Below are positions 45,560-54,701 of a stretch of DNA of 64,000 bases, piece after piece. The notes beneath the pieces were generated by a model. The model saw only the letters and a program-made list of their open reading frames with translations. It was not told the origin of the DNA and did no database searches. The stretch's first letter is position 1. Each line of letters begins with the position of its first letter. The position numbers and the translations under genes are program-made. The stretch is from Syntrophales bacterium (GTDB lineage: Bacteria; Desulfobacterota; Syntrophia; Syntrophales; UBA2210): NCBI GenBank assembly GCA_963666365.2, contig CAXXNF010000002.1:2272001-2336000 (forward strand), in the 5' to 3' direction.

Positions 45560-45985
45560 TTAATCGATAACTTCAATTCCCATGGATCGTGCCGTTCCGT
45601 CTATAATCCTCATTGCACCTTCCACATCAACGGCATTCAGATCCTTATATTTGATCTCAGCAATTTCCTTAAGCTGTTTACGTGTGATTTGCCCCACCTT
45701 CTCCCTGTTTGGATCCCCTGCGCCCTTCGCGATCTTTGCTGCCTGCTTAAGCAGTACCGATGCCGGCGGGGTTTTGGTGACAAAGGTGAATGACTTATCG
45801 GCATAGACGGATATGACGACAGGAATGACCGTTCCTTCCTGATTTTGCGTCATTGCATTGTATGCCTTGCAAAACTCCATGATATTCACACCATGCTGCC
45901 CCAGAGCCGGACCGATCGGAGGTGACGGAGTCGCCTTCCCTGCCTGAATTTGGAGTTTTATTTGTGCGATAACCTTTTTTGCCAT
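45560..45985 (-). CDS. rplK: 50S ribosomal protein L11
   Basis: '[19 protein letters not shown]', 'GTARSMG'. Confidence 0.99.
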   Translation of the reverse strand: MAKKVIAQIKLQIQAGKATPSPPIGPALGQHGVNIMEFCKAYNAMTQNQEGTVIPVVISVYADKSFTFVTKTPPASVLLKQAAKIAKGAGDPNREKVGQITRKQLKEIAEIKYKDLNAVDVEGAMRIIDGTARSMGIEVID

Positions 45986-46011
45986 CATCGTCCCCTTATG
46001 GTTTTTTCCGC

Positions 46012-46542
46012 CTAACTCTGCACAACCTGGATAAAATCAAGTTCTACAGGCGTTGATCGGCCGAATATGCTGACTATAACTCTCAATTTACCCTTTTCCT
46101 CCTTGACCTCGTCCACGACGCCGTCAAAGTTGGAAAAAGGCCCGTCTACGATCCTTACGTGATCGCCGATCTCAAATCTGAACTTCGGCTTCGGCTTTAA
46201 TGTGCCTTCGCTTATTCTCGTTTTCAGCAGTTCCACATCGGCGGTGGATATGGGCGACGGTTTGTCCTTGCTTCCGATGAATCCCGTCACCTTGGGAGTG
46301 TCCTTCACCAGATGCCAGGTGTCGTCGTTCAGCTCCATATTGATCAGCATGTAGCTTGGGAAGAACTTGCGCTTCGAAGTTTTCTTTTCGCCCCGCACCA
46401 GTTCCACGACGTCTTCTTCCGGAATCAGGATGTCACCGAAAAACTCGCCCATCTCCTGAGCGGCGATCCTCTCCTCAAGGGACTGCTTCACCCTGTTCTC
46501 AAAGCCCGAATACGTATGTATCACATACCACCGAAACGCCAT
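46012..46542 (-). CDS. nusG: Transcription termination/antitermination factor NusG
   Basis: '[11 protein letters not shown]', 'TPKVTGF', '[10 protein letters not shown]'. Confidence 0.99.
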   Translation of the reverse strand: MAFRWYVIHTYSGFENRVKQSLEERIAAQEMGEFFGDILIPEEDVVELVRGEKKTSKRKFFPSYMLINMELNDDTWHLVKDTPKVTGFIGSKDKPSPISTADVELLKTRISEGTLKPKPKFRFEIGDHVRIVDGPFSNFDGVVDEVKEEKGKLRVIVSIFGRSTPVELDFIQVVQS

Positions 46543-46545
46543 TTC

Positions 46546-46749
46546 TTATCCCAGCACCATCTTGACCAGTTTGGTAAGACCCAGGTCCACAAACCCAAGA
46601 AACACACTCACAATAACAACGACGACGATAACCACCGACGTCGAGCCCAGCGCCTCCTTCGGCGTCGGCCACGTCACTTTTTTCAGCTCAACTTTTGCTT
46701 CTCTCAAAAACTGAACCGTTACAGCCCATGCAGCTTTCAACTTTTCCAT
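46546..46749 (-). CDS. secE: Preprotein translocase SecE
   Basis: 'ELKKVTWP' followed by one TM helix. Confidence 0.97.
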   Translation of the reverse strand: MEKLKAAWAVTVQFLREAKVELKKVTWPTPKEALGSTSVVIVVVVIVSVFLGFVDLGLTKLVKMVLG

Positions 46750-46773
46750 ATGCCTGAATCCCAAAAAATAAAA

Positions 46774-46850
46774 TGGCAGGCCAGGAGGGACTCGAACCCC
46801 CAACATCCGGATTTGGAGTCCGGCGCTCTATCCATTAGAGCTACTGGCCT
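46774..46850 (-). tRNA. tRNA-Trp(CCA)
   Basis: AGGCCAGTAGCTC...CCGGACTCCAAATCCGG...GTTCGAGTCCCTCCTGGCCTGCCA. Confidence 0.97.
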
Positions 46851-46865
46851 GTAGTCTGCGCATAT

Positions 46866-47015
46866 CTACTTTGTTTCTTTATGAGCCGTGTGCGTCTGGC
46901 AAAATCGGCAATATTTTTTCAACTCAAGGCGATTCTTCATCGTCCTTTTATTTTTTGTCGTCGTGTAATTTCTTCGTTTACACTCGCTGCATGCCAGCGT
47001 TATAATGTCCCTCAT
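46866..47015 (-). CDS. rpmG: 50S ribosomal protein L33 (not in ORF track)
   Basis: Manual translation: [49 protein letters not shown]. Confidence 0.98.
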   Translation of the reverse strand: MRDIITLACSECKRRNYTTTKNKRTMKNRLELKKYCRFCQTHTAHKETK

Positions 47016-47037
47016 CTTGAACCCACCTTTACGGAAA

Positions 47038-47113
47038 TGGAGCCCACGACCAGGATTGAACTGGTGACCTCATCCTTACCAAGGATGTGCTCTACCGACT
47101 GAGCTACGTGGGC
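47038..47113 (-). tRNA. tRNA-Thr(GGT)
   Basis: GCCCACGTAGCTCAG...ATCCTTGGTAAGGAT...CGTGGGCTCCA. Confidence 0.97.
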
Positions 47114-47183
47114 CTGCGAGCATTTCATTTCGTGCATTCACAGGGAGAAAGGCCCTCAAGGACATGCCCCCCTATCATAATAA

Positions 47184-47259
47184 TGGAGCGGGAAACGGGA
47201 TTCGAACCCGCGACCCTCAGCTTGGAAGGCTGACGCTCTAGCCACTGAGCTACTCCCGC
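47184..47259 (-). tRNA. tRNA-Gly(TCC)
   Basis: GCGGGAGTAGCTCAG...CAGCCTTCCAAGCTG...TTCCCGCTCCA. Confidence 0.97.
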
Positions 47260-47290
47260 CTCTTCAGACCGCATAGAAATAACAAAAAAA

Positions 47291-47375
47291 TGGTGGAGGG
47301 GGGAGGATTCGAACCTCCGTAGGCTTCGCCGGCAGATTTACAGTCTGCTCCCTTTGGCCGCTCGGGAACCCCTCC
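47291..47375 (-). tRNA. tRNA-Tyr(GTA)
   Basis: GGAGGGGTTCCCGAG...GCAGACTGTAAATCTGC, long variable arm, ...CCCCTCCACCA. Confidence 0.97.
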
Positions 47376-47395
47376 ACTTCACTCGTATCTTCATC

Positions 47396-47471
47396 TGGAG
47401 CTGGCGATGGGATTCGAACCCGCGACCTGCTGATTACAAATCAGCTGCTCTACCAGTTGAGCTACGCCAGC
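47396..47471 (-). tRNA. tRNA-Thr(TGT)
   Basis: GCTGGCGTAGCTCAA...CTGATTTGTAATCAG...CGCCAGCTCCA. Confidence 0.96.
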
Positions 47472-47558
47472 CCATAATACTTCAATATTACAAAGAATAC
47501 TCGACTTCACACCGAAAGCTAAAAAAAAGCGCACACAAACTAGCCAATGCAAAGCGTG

Positions 47559-47587
47559 AATCTAATTTTTCTTTTTCCTTTTGTCAA
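47559..47587 (-). promoter_or_regulatory. sigma70 promoter of the tRNA/secE-nusG cluster
   Basis: TTGACA-N17-TAGATT on the minus strand. Confidence 0.7.
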
Positions 47588-47616
47588 GGATTTTTTATCC
47601 TGTCTCAACAAAAAGA

Positions 47617-49035
47617 TTACGGCTCTTCACCAAAGATTTCCGCGGAAAAAACGAAGATCTTTGTATCTCTTTCCTTCCAGGCATCGGGAGTAAGACCGGC
47701 TTTGAAACAGGTCTGCTCCAGAAAGGTGGTCCGATCCCAGCGGTGTTCCTCAGCAACCTGCGGAAGCAGAAGCCCTGAGTGAAATCCCTTCACTATGTAA
47801 ATTCCGTCCCTTCCCACCTCTATTTCAGAAACATCCTTTATCCGGCGCAACGGCGTCAGGGCGGATATTTCAATACGAATTTCATTCAATTCGTCACTTT
47901 TAAGAGGAGGGAATCTCGGATCGTTAAAAGCGGCAGCCCGGGCCATTTCGGCAATGGTCCTGTCGAGTGGTTTTTTCGGCTCAATAAAGCCAATGCACCC
48001 CCGCAGCCGGTCTCCTTTTTTCAGTGTCACAAAAGCGCCCCTGGCAGCTTTCATAGGACCAGACCCTTCAGCCGGGGAAATCAATCTCTGCCCCTCAAGC
48101 GATCCCTCTATACTCTTTCGGGCGATTTCAATCAACTTCTTTTTTTCTTTCTCTGAAAGCCTCTCCTTCTTGCTGCTGGACGCTTGATCCTCTTTTTTCT
48201 CGTCCTTTCCTCCTTTGTAGAAGGCCACTGCGGCATATCCGACGACAGCCGCCCTGTCTCCCGTAACATCGCCGGAATTTGCGTATTTGAGCACGCAGCC
48301 GCCGCCACAGCCCAATGTTCGGGCTATCCTGAGGGCAACTCTGACAGGTCCCGCACCGCAGGCCTCAATTCTTCCCCCTTCAAGGGCGTCGTAAAAGCCA
48401 TCTACATCCATTTTTTCCATATAGGAAAGGGCCGTTGCATCCATGGAAACCGCTTCATTATAGTGGTGATAGTGTGAAAGGTCGGAGCTTGCCACCACAA
48501 GAACCCTGCGCCCCATCGAGGCCTTCACCACGGCTTCTGCAAGGGCGTCACAGGTACGACCGTCCTGCACCCCCATCAGAATGGGGACAAAAGGTGTCCC
48601 GGGGAACAGCACTTGTAGAAAGGGCGCCTGAATCTCGATTGAATTTTCCGGCAGCCCGTCATCCGGTGCAAAGCTCACCCCATCGCTCAGGGCGACAATG
48701 TGCTCTGCAAGTGCCCTGTCCAGCGCCAAAACTCCCAAAGGGGTACGATATCCATCACCATTATAGATGACCGCTCCCCGGAAACGAGCGCGATGACTTG
48801 GCCCGATGACAATAATCGATTCATAGGACGCTCCCGAGGCCGCCTTGTAGGCGTAGGCGGCAACCTGTCCCGAATAGGGGAGTCCCGCATGAGGCGATAC
48901 AATCGCCACCGGCGCCCCTTCCCGTTCAAGGGCGGGCACATTGCCCAGATAACCTTCTATCTCCGCCCGCAGCACATCCGGTTCTCCCGGATACCATGCG
49001 CCTGCAAGTTTTGCCTGCCGTGTAGTGTCTTTCAT
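47617..49035 (-). CDS. amrB: AmmeMemoRadiSam system protein B (Memo) fused to protein A (AMMECR1)
   Basis: Memo motifs 'AGAWYP', 'PHAG', 'GPSH', 'SSDLSH', 'ACG', 'NSGD'; AMMECR1 motifs 'GAFVTL', 'LRGCIG', 'DPRF', 'LLPQVA'. Start 49035 has SD GGAGG; alternative start 49140. Confidence 0.92.
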   Translation of the reverse strand: MKDTTRQAKLAGAWYPGEPDVLRAEIEGYLGNVPALEREGAPVAIVSPHAGLPYSGQVAAYAYKAASGASYESIIVIGPSHRARFRGAVIYNGDGYRTPLGVLALDRALAEHIVALSDGVSFAPDDGLPENSIEIQAPFLQVLFPGTPFVPILMGVQDGRTCDALAEAVVKASMGRRVLVVASSDLSHYHHYNEAVSMDATALSYMEKMDVDGFYDALEGGRIEACGAGPVRVALRIARTLGCGGGCVLKYANSGDVTGDRAAVVGYAAVAFYKGGKDEKKEDQASSSKKERLSEKEKKKLIEIARKSIEGSLEGQRLISPAEGSGPMKAARGAFVTLKKGDRLRGCIGFIEPKKPLDRTIAEMARAAAFNDPRFPPLKSDELNEIRIEISALTPLRRIKDVSEIEVGRDGIYIVKGFHSGLLLPQVAEEHRWDRTTFLEQTCFKAGLTPDAWKERDTKIFVFSAEIFGEEP

Positions 49036-49236
49036 ATCAACTTCCTCCCCCCTTGCGGGATAGAGTAGGCACATATGTATCATGATGACGATGCATATCC
49101 ATGTAAATGTTGAGGCTGACCCGATTCCACCGTGATTCACATTACCCTGCCGATCATTATCTTGAATTATGAATTACGCTCCTGTCAAAAAGTGAATTCT
49201 ATAAAAATTTTCATCTCATTGCCACTTAAAAAATGA

Positions 49237-49265
49237 TTGACTAATAACCCCTATAACGGTACTGT
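49237..49265 (+). promoter_or_regulatory. Candidate sigma70 promoter for gap-tpiA-secG
   Basis: TTGACT-N17-TACTGT. Confidence 0.45.
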
Positions 49266-49395
49266 GCATTCGATTTTGCAATAGAAAGCAGTGGTGTGCA
49301 CTGCCGATGGAAAACCGGGAATGAAAAGACCTTTGCGCACTTCCCTTTCCTGTCATTCCCGAGCTTTTCTTATATAAGAACGATGGGAGGATTCC

Positions 49396-50403
49396 ATGAG
49401 CGTCAGAATCGCCATAAACGGGTTCGGAAGAGTCGGCCGGTATATAATCAGAGCCTGCGCCGGCAGAGAAGACATTGAAGTGATCGCCATAAACACGAGA
49501 GCCGATGCGCCTGTTCTGGAACATCTTTTAAAATATGACTCGGTGCACGGGATTTTCGATGTCGATGTTTCGGCACAGGGAGACGTCCTTTCGGTGGCGG
49601 ATAAAAAAATAAAGGTGACGACCACGACCGATTCCCTGGAAACACTTCCCTGGAAAGATCTGGGGATTGACATTGTGATGGAATCGACGGGAAAGTTCAG
49701 GGCCCGAAAGGATGCGGCAAAGCACCTGGACGCCGGCGCAAAGAAAGTAATTATTGCAGCGCCGGGCAAAGGGGTTGACGGCACCTTTGTCATGGGCGTG
49801 AACGAAGAATCCTATGATCCGGAACGTCACCATGTCGTTTCCAACGCATCATGCACCACCAACTGCCTGGCGCCCGTCGTGAAAACCATTCACGACCGTT
49901 TTACCATCCGCAGAGGGCTTATGACCACGGTGCATTCCTATACGATGGATCAGCGCATACTGGACGGCTCTCACAAGGATCTTCGAAGAGCCCGCGCTGC
50001 AGCCCTGTCGATCGTGCCGACCTCAACCGGTGCGGCCAAGGCAGTGACGGAAGTTATTCCGGAACTGGCAGGCAAACTCGACGGCATCGCCCTGAGGGTA
50101 CCCACGCCCAACGTATCCCTCGTCGACGTGGCGCTGGAAGTTGAAACGAAGGTGACCGTTAAGACCATCAACGGAGCATTGAAAGAGGCGTCGGAAGGGA
50201 CATTACGCAACATTCTCGCTTACAGCGACAAGGAACTTGTGTCTGTCGATTTTACCAGCAGCCCCTATTCGTCTATAGTGGACGCTCCGCTTACTCAGGT
50301 GATCGGCGACACCTTCGTCAAGGTTTTCTCATGGTATGACAATGAAAGCGGCTATGCCTGCCGCATGCGAGATCTTGCCCTCTTTATGGGAAGCAGGATG
50401 TAA
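49396..50403 (+). CDS. gap: Type I glyceraldehyde-3-phosphate dehydrogenase
   Basis: 'INGFGRVGR', 'SNASCTTNCLAP', 'WYDNE'. Confidence 0.98.
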   Translation: MSVRIAINGFGRVGRYIIRACAGREDIEVIAINTRADAPVLEHLLKYDSVHGIFDVDVSAQGDVLSVADKKIKVTTTTDSLETLPWKDLGIDIVMESTGKFRARKDAAKHLDAGAKKVIIAAPGKGVDGTFVMGVNEESYDPERHHVVSNASCTTNCLAPVVKTIHDRFTIRRGLMTTVHSYTMDQRILDGSHKDLRRARAAALSIVPTSTGAAKAVTEVIPELAGKLDGIALRVPTPNVSLVDVALEVETKVTVKTINGALKEASEGTLRNILAYSDKELVSVDFTSSPYSSIVDAPLTQVIGDTFVKVFSWYDNESGYACRMRDLALFMGSRM

Positions 50404-50467
50404 CGGCCTGCGTCGGCCTGAGCGCCGGCAGGCACGGCGCACGATTCATTCCGGGGGAAAATTGGCC

Positions 50468-51220
50468 ATGACAACACCGATCATTGCGGCAAACTGGAAG
50501 ATGCACAAGACAAGAGGCGATGCGATGGCCTTTGCGTCACGCCTGGTGAAGGATTGTGCAGACTGTCACGACCGACGCATCATCATCGCCCCGCCCTTCA
50601 CCGCCCTTGCGGGCGTGGCCGAAGCGCTCAAGGGATCGCCTGTCGGCCTTGCAGCCCAGAATCTCTCAGACCATGAGTCGGGCGCCTTTACCGGAGAGGT
50701 GTCGGCGCCCATGCTGTCCGATGCGGGGTGCGAATACGTCATCGTAGGCCACTCCGAAAGAAGGCGCCTCTTCGGTGAATCCAATGCACAAATTAACCGA
50801 AAGCTTATTATGGCCCTCGCCCACGGACTCACACCCCTTTTCTGCATTGGAGAAACGGAAGAGCAACGTGCATCGTCTCTCACCTTTGATACGATCACAG
50901 AACAGTTAAATGAGGGATTGATTAATATTTCCCCCAGTGATATAAGGAACGTCGTTTTCGCCTATGAGCCTCTATGGGCTATCGGTACGGGCAAGACGGC
51001 AACCCCCGGGCAGGCACAGGAAGTTCATCATTTTATTAAGGAAATGGTGGCGAATTGTTGCGGCATCGACAACAGGGAAGACATTTTGGTCATTTACGGG
51101 GGGAGCGTCAATGAGCGAACCATCGGCGAACTCATGGCCCAGGAAGACATCGACGGCGCCCTTGTGGGCGGTGCGAGTCTGGACGTGGAATCGTTTATGC
51201 GCATTATCCGGTTCCGATAA
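50468..51220 (+). CDS. tpiA: Triosephosphate isomerase
   Basis: 'ANWKM', 'VGHSERR', 'AYEPLWAIGTG', 'LVGGASL'. Confidence 0.98.
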   Translation: MTTPIIAANWKMHKTRGDAMAFASRLVKDCADCHDRRIIIAPPFTALAGVAEALKGSPVGLAAQNLSDHESGAFTGEVSAPMLSDAGCEYVIVGHSERRRLFGESNAQINRKLIMALAHGLTPLFCIGETEEQRASSLTFDTITEQLNEGLINISPSDIRNVVFAYEPLWAIGTGKTATPGQAQEVHHFIKEMVANCCGIDNREDILVIYGGSVNERTIGELMAQEDIDGALVGGASLDVESFMRIIRFR

Positions 51221-51246
51221 AATCTTATAAACTAAGGAGAGCAAAC

Positions 51247-51597
51247 GTGCATTCTCTTATTACAATTATACATATTCTTGTCTGCATAGCCATGATTATG
51301 GTGGTCCTTCTGCAAACGGGGAAGGGCGCCGATATGGGCGCCGCCTTCGGCGGTTCCAGCCAGACTATCTTTGGAAGCAGCGGGCCAGGCACATTCCTCG
51401 GGAAAATGACCACGGGCATTGCAATCGTATTTATGCTGACTTCGCTCTGGCTTGCCTATTTCGCCGTCCACAAGGGCGTATCGGTGGTGGATGAGCTGCC
51501 TGTCCCGGCGGCGGAACAGACCATGCCCGCTGACCAGACCACGCCGCCTGCAGCGCCTGCTCCCGCAGAGACAGGCGAAGCAAAAACAGGCGAATAA
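51247..51597 (+). CDS. secG: Preprotein translocase SecG
   Basis: 'VLLQTGKGADMGAAFGG', two TM helices, follows tpiA. Confidence 0.96.
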   Translation: MHSLITIIHILVCIAMIMVVLLQTGKGADMGAAFGGSSQTIFGSSGPGTFLGKMTTGIAIVFMLTSLWLAYFAVHKGVSVVDELPVPAAEQTMPADQTTPPAAPAPAETGEAKTGE

Positions 51598-51635
51598 TTT
51601 CTTGCAGAGAAGAAGCCCAAGGGTTACTTTTTGTG

Positions 51636-51664
51636 TTGACAAAAATGGGGAAACGACATAGGTT
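51636..51664 (+). promoter_or_regulatory. sigma70 promoter of tRNA-Leu
   Basis: TTGACA-N17-TAGGTT, 10 nt before the tRNA. Confidence 0.7.
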
Positions 51665-51674
51665 GCAACAAAAC

Positions 51675-51761
51675 GCCGAAGTGGTGGAAACTGGTAGACA
51701 CGCTATCTTGAGGGGGTAGTGGGCACAACCCGTCCGGGTTCAAGTCCCGGCTTCGGCACCA
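51675..51761 (+). tRNA. tRNA-Leu(GAG)
   Basis: GCCGAAGTGGTGGAAACTGGTAGAC...CTATCTTGAGGGGGTAG...variable arm...CTTCGGCACCA. Confidence 0.97.
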
Positions 51762-51771
51762 TTGAGCATAG

Positions 51772-51805
51772 AGGGGTAAATCGGGAACGGTTCACCCCTT
51801 TTTTT
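51772..51805 (+). terminator. Rho-independent terminator after tRNA-Leu
   Basis: AGGGGTAAATCG-GGAA-CGGTTCACCCCT followed by a T run. Confidence 0.75.
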
Positions 51806-51830
51806 ACGCTATCTCTTCATATTGTAACGT

Positions 51831-52034
51831 CTCCATGTAGAGCAGGTTGACGAAGAAGTCATTGGTGAGCGCCTATTCCTGACTCGTGAAAACACCGTGC
51901 CGGGATCCTCCGTAGTTGGTTCCCAGCACACTTGCCGCCGACGGGAGCCGGCTGGTTAACTTTCCAGTCTTTTTTGCGGGACGAGGCGAATCCGCGCCCC
52001 GCTTGTCGCCGCCGTGCTTATCTGAACCGTGAAA
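51831..52034 (-). pseudogene. katG: Highly decayed catalase-peroxidase relic
   Basis: Piecewise minus-strand translation: FHGSDKHGGDK / GARIRLVPQK / DWKVNQPA-PVGG / [32 protein letters not shown]. Compare KatG '[28 protein letters not shown]' and 'VGGMRVLGTN...HGVFT...[12 protein letters not shown]'. Confidence 0.85.
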
Positions 52035-52060
52035 TCACACCGGGGGATGAGATCAATAAA

Positions 52061-52090
52061 GCGAGGAAGAACAATATAGTTCTTCCTCGC
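52061..52090 (-). terminator. Terminator hairpin downstream of the binding-protein gene
   Basis: GCGAGGAAGAAC-AATATA-GTTCTTCCTCGC, perfect 12-bp stem, followed by TTTATT on the minus strand. Confidence 0.7.
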
Positions 52091-52157
52091 GCTCGTGCCT
52101 TTGTGGGATTTTATCCACTTATTCCGACGCGTGGATAGAACTGCCTACGTGGGTGCA

Positions 52158-53354
52158 TCAATCAAAGAGTTCTTCCCTTACATCCATAGTCTGTATTAAA
52201 ACGGGCTCACCATTCTGGATCTGATAGAGGGTGATCGGGTACAGTGTATGACGCTTCGCTCCCCATAGCTTGGAGCCACCGTATCGAAGAGTGCCGACGG
52301 GCGTATCCCAACTGATGGTTTCCAATGCTGCGGCGATCTTGACAGGATCAAAGCTCTGAGCGGTTTCGATGCCTTTGGCTAAACTGGTAGCCAGGCCATA
52401 TTGGGGCCACACAGTGTTGTCCCACGCTGCATCCCCCCATTTTGCAACGAAATTTTTGTAGACTTCCTTTTGAACGGGGGTCACCGGTTTTATCGGTCCG
52501 CCTAGAACCATATATGCCTTTTCAGAATAGTCGCCGGCAATTTTTTTCACCTGGGACGGTATGGGGCCCCAGCCCAACAAGAGCACACCTTTGTACCCAA
52601 GTTCTCTCGCCTGTTTGCAAATGAGGGCCTCCGTCGTGGGATCCGTATAACTGGTATCGATCAAATCAGGCTTTAGGGAAACTGCTTTTGTCAGCAATGG
52701 AGTAAGATCTTTGCTTCCTCGCTCAAAATAAAGTTCTGCAAGCACCTTGAAGCCTTCCAATTCGGCAGCAGCCTTCGAAGCTTTCATTCCCGACTTTCCT
52801 GTAGCGTCATCTGGATTTACAATAACTATGGATTTAATGTTTTCCGCTTTCTTCAAATAAGGAAAAATCGCAGTAGTGCTGGCTTCTATGGACGGGTTAT
52901 ATATAAACATCAATGGATTGTCCGGCGTCACTAATTTTTCCACGCCGCCGGCATTATTAAGAGTCAGAATGTTGTTTTGCTTTAACATCGGCACGCACGC
53001 TAATGCAGGAGAGCCGCCATGGATCGACAAGAATTTGCATTTATCCAAAAACAAAGCCGCGTGAGCTGCCTTAACTGCCTCAGCCGGTATGTATTTATGA
53101 TCGTATACCAGGACTTCAAATTCGTAGGTCTTCCCATTGACCTTAAATCCGCCATTTCTATTGACGGCTTCTGCATCCAAAGTAACTGCTCGAGAATTAG
53201 ACAGACCCCAAGGCGCGACGGGACCACTCAAGGCGTACACCAGACCGAGTTTGATTTTTTCCGGACCTGCAGCCTGGGCCGTGGCGCTGAAGATTACCGC
53301 ACTTATCGAAATAAACAGAACAAAAACAATAAAAGTTCCTAATTTTCTTTTCAT
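52158..53354 (-). CDS. ABC transporter substrate-binding protein (LivK/LivJ-like, PBP type 1)
   Basis: Signal peptide ending AQA, 'KLGLVYALSGPVAPWG', 'DLTPLLTK', 'DTPVGTLRY'. Confidence 0.9.
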   Translation of the reverse strand: MKRKLGTFIVFVLFISISAVIFSATAQAAGPEKIKLGLVYALSGPVAPWGLSNSRAVTLDAEAVNRNGGFKVNGKTYEFEVLVYDHKYIPAEAVKAAHAALFLDKCKFLSIHGGSPALACVPMLKQNNILTLNNAGGVEKLVTPDNPLMFIYNPSIEASTTAIFPYLKKAENIKSIVIVNPDDATGKSGMKASKAAAELEGFKVLAELYFERGSKDLTPLLTKAVSLKPDLIDTSYTDPTTEALICKQARELGYKGVLLLGWGPIPSQVKKIAGDYSEKAYMVLGGPIKPVTPVQKEVYKNFVAKWGDAAWDNTVWPQYGLATSLAKGIETAQSFDPVKIAAALETISWDTPVGTLRYGGSKLWGAKRHTLYPITLYQIQNGEPVLIQTMDVREELFD

Positions 53355-53447
53355 GGCATTCCTCCTTTTTTTGTACTGCATAATTTTTAATTTTCATTTC
53401 TAAAAACCGAGTTTAATATTTTATTGATAAAAAATTAATTATTTGTT

Positions 53448-53476
53448 ATAATAGCCTTGCTGTATTTTTTTGTCAA
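53448..53476 (-). promoter_or_regulatory. sigma70 promoter for the binding-protein gene
   Basis: TTGACA-N17-TATTAT on the minus strand. Confidence 0.65.
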
Positions 53477-53819
53477 GACAAAAACGTGGCACGGATTGCC
53501 TTATACAGGCGCCCCGGGGTTGCTGGAACGCGAGCTGAAGGCAAATCGGCCATGCATGCAGAGTTTATTCCGGAGTTTCTGCAACAACACAAGTGCCAAC
53601 CTAACGATAGAATGGGAAACTCGGCTGGCGATACGAAATTGACCGGCGGGATGATACCTCGTAATGGTGAGAAAAATCGCTTTCTGAATTTTCAAGGGAT
53701 TGTTAAGGTCCGAGTGTTCGAATAGAAAACAGAAAAAGGGGTATCAATTATAAGTTGTGTACAAAGCTTGGTGGAAAAATGAAACGTGCTTTTAAACTCA
53801 ACACAAGAAGGAGAAGTGC

Positions 53820-54701
53820 ATGGATATTATTTTTCAAACCTTAGCCAATGGGGTAATGGCATCATTGACCCTTGCTCTTATCGCAATCGGTCTGTGTCTA
53901 ATTTTCGGTATCCTGCAAATTATTAATTTTGCCCATGGCGAATTTTACATGCTGGGGGGATTTGGCGTGTGGTGGTTTCTTGAAGCCCATCCGTTTATGT
54001 CGGGCATGCCTCCTATCGTGAGTTATATAGCCGCTGTTTTGCTGACAATCATCATTGTGGCTGTGGTGGGCATGTTGGTGGAGAAATTCATCTTCCGTCC
54101 GGTGAGAGAACCCCATGAAACCGTGATGATTGTTTCCCTCGGGGTTATGCTTATTTTGCAGTCGGCAGCTCTGGTGACTTTCGGGCCGGTTGACAAATCG
54201 GTGTCTTCGCCGTTTACGGGGCTGGTTCAAATGGGGACAGTTGCTTTTTCCAACGAACGATTGGCGGCAATTATCAGTTGCATTGTCTTTATAGGCGTTC
54301 TCTATGTGATTATCAACCGGACCAGACTGGGAAAGGCCATGCGTGCGGTGGCTATGGATCATGAAGCAGCCGAAGTTCAAGGGATCAACACGGGGATGAT
54401 TTTTTCGGTGGCTATGGCGGTAAGCTGTGCGATCGCGGCGGCCGGGGGTGCGCTCGTGGGGCCGATCTATTATATAAACCCTTATATGGGGGTCGAACCG
54501 ATTTTGAAGGCATTTGCTGCGGTAATCCTCGGCGGTCTTGGAAGTTTGCCCGGGGCGGTTGTGGGTGCGTGCATCATCGGGCTCACCGAGACCTTTGTAT
54601 CAACCTACGTAGGAGCGCACTTTGCTTTGGTTGTGGTCTTCCTGATCATGATCGGCGTATTGATTTTAAAACCGACGGGGTTGTTTGGCCATGCAGAATA
54701 A
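53820..54701 (+). CDS. livH: HAAT-family ABC permease (LivH-like)
   Basis: 'INFAHGEFYMLG', 'TRLGKAMRAVA', 'LGGLGSLPGA', 'KPTGLFG'. Confidence 0.92.
   Translation: MDIIFQTLANGVMASLTLALIAIGLCLIFGILQIINFAHGEFYMLGGFGVWWFLEAHPFMSGMPPIVSYIAAVLLTIIIVAVVGMLVEKFIFRPVREPHETVMIVSLGVMLILQSAALVTFGPVDKSVSSPFTGLVQMGTVAFSNERLAAIISCIVFIGVLYVIINRTRLGKAMRAVAMDHEAAEVQGINTGMIFSVAMAVSCAIAAAGGALVGPIYYINPYMGVEPILKAFAAVILGGLGSLPGAVVGACIIGLTETFVSTYVGAHFALVVVFLIMIGVLILKPTGLFGHAE

Noticed and set aside
51932..52138. 68-aa + strand ORF after tRNA-Leu
   Set aside because: Overlaps the katG relic on the opposite strand and a terminator hairpin
53487..53500. TGGCACGGATTGCC as a sigma54 promoter for livH
   Set aside because: GG-to-GC spacing is 8 nt, not the required 10
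53583..53598. Minus-strand TGGCAC-N5-TTGTT as a sigma54 promoter for the binding-protein gene
   Set aside because: The -12 element is GT rather than GC, and a good sigma70 promoter lies closer to the gene; weak candidate only
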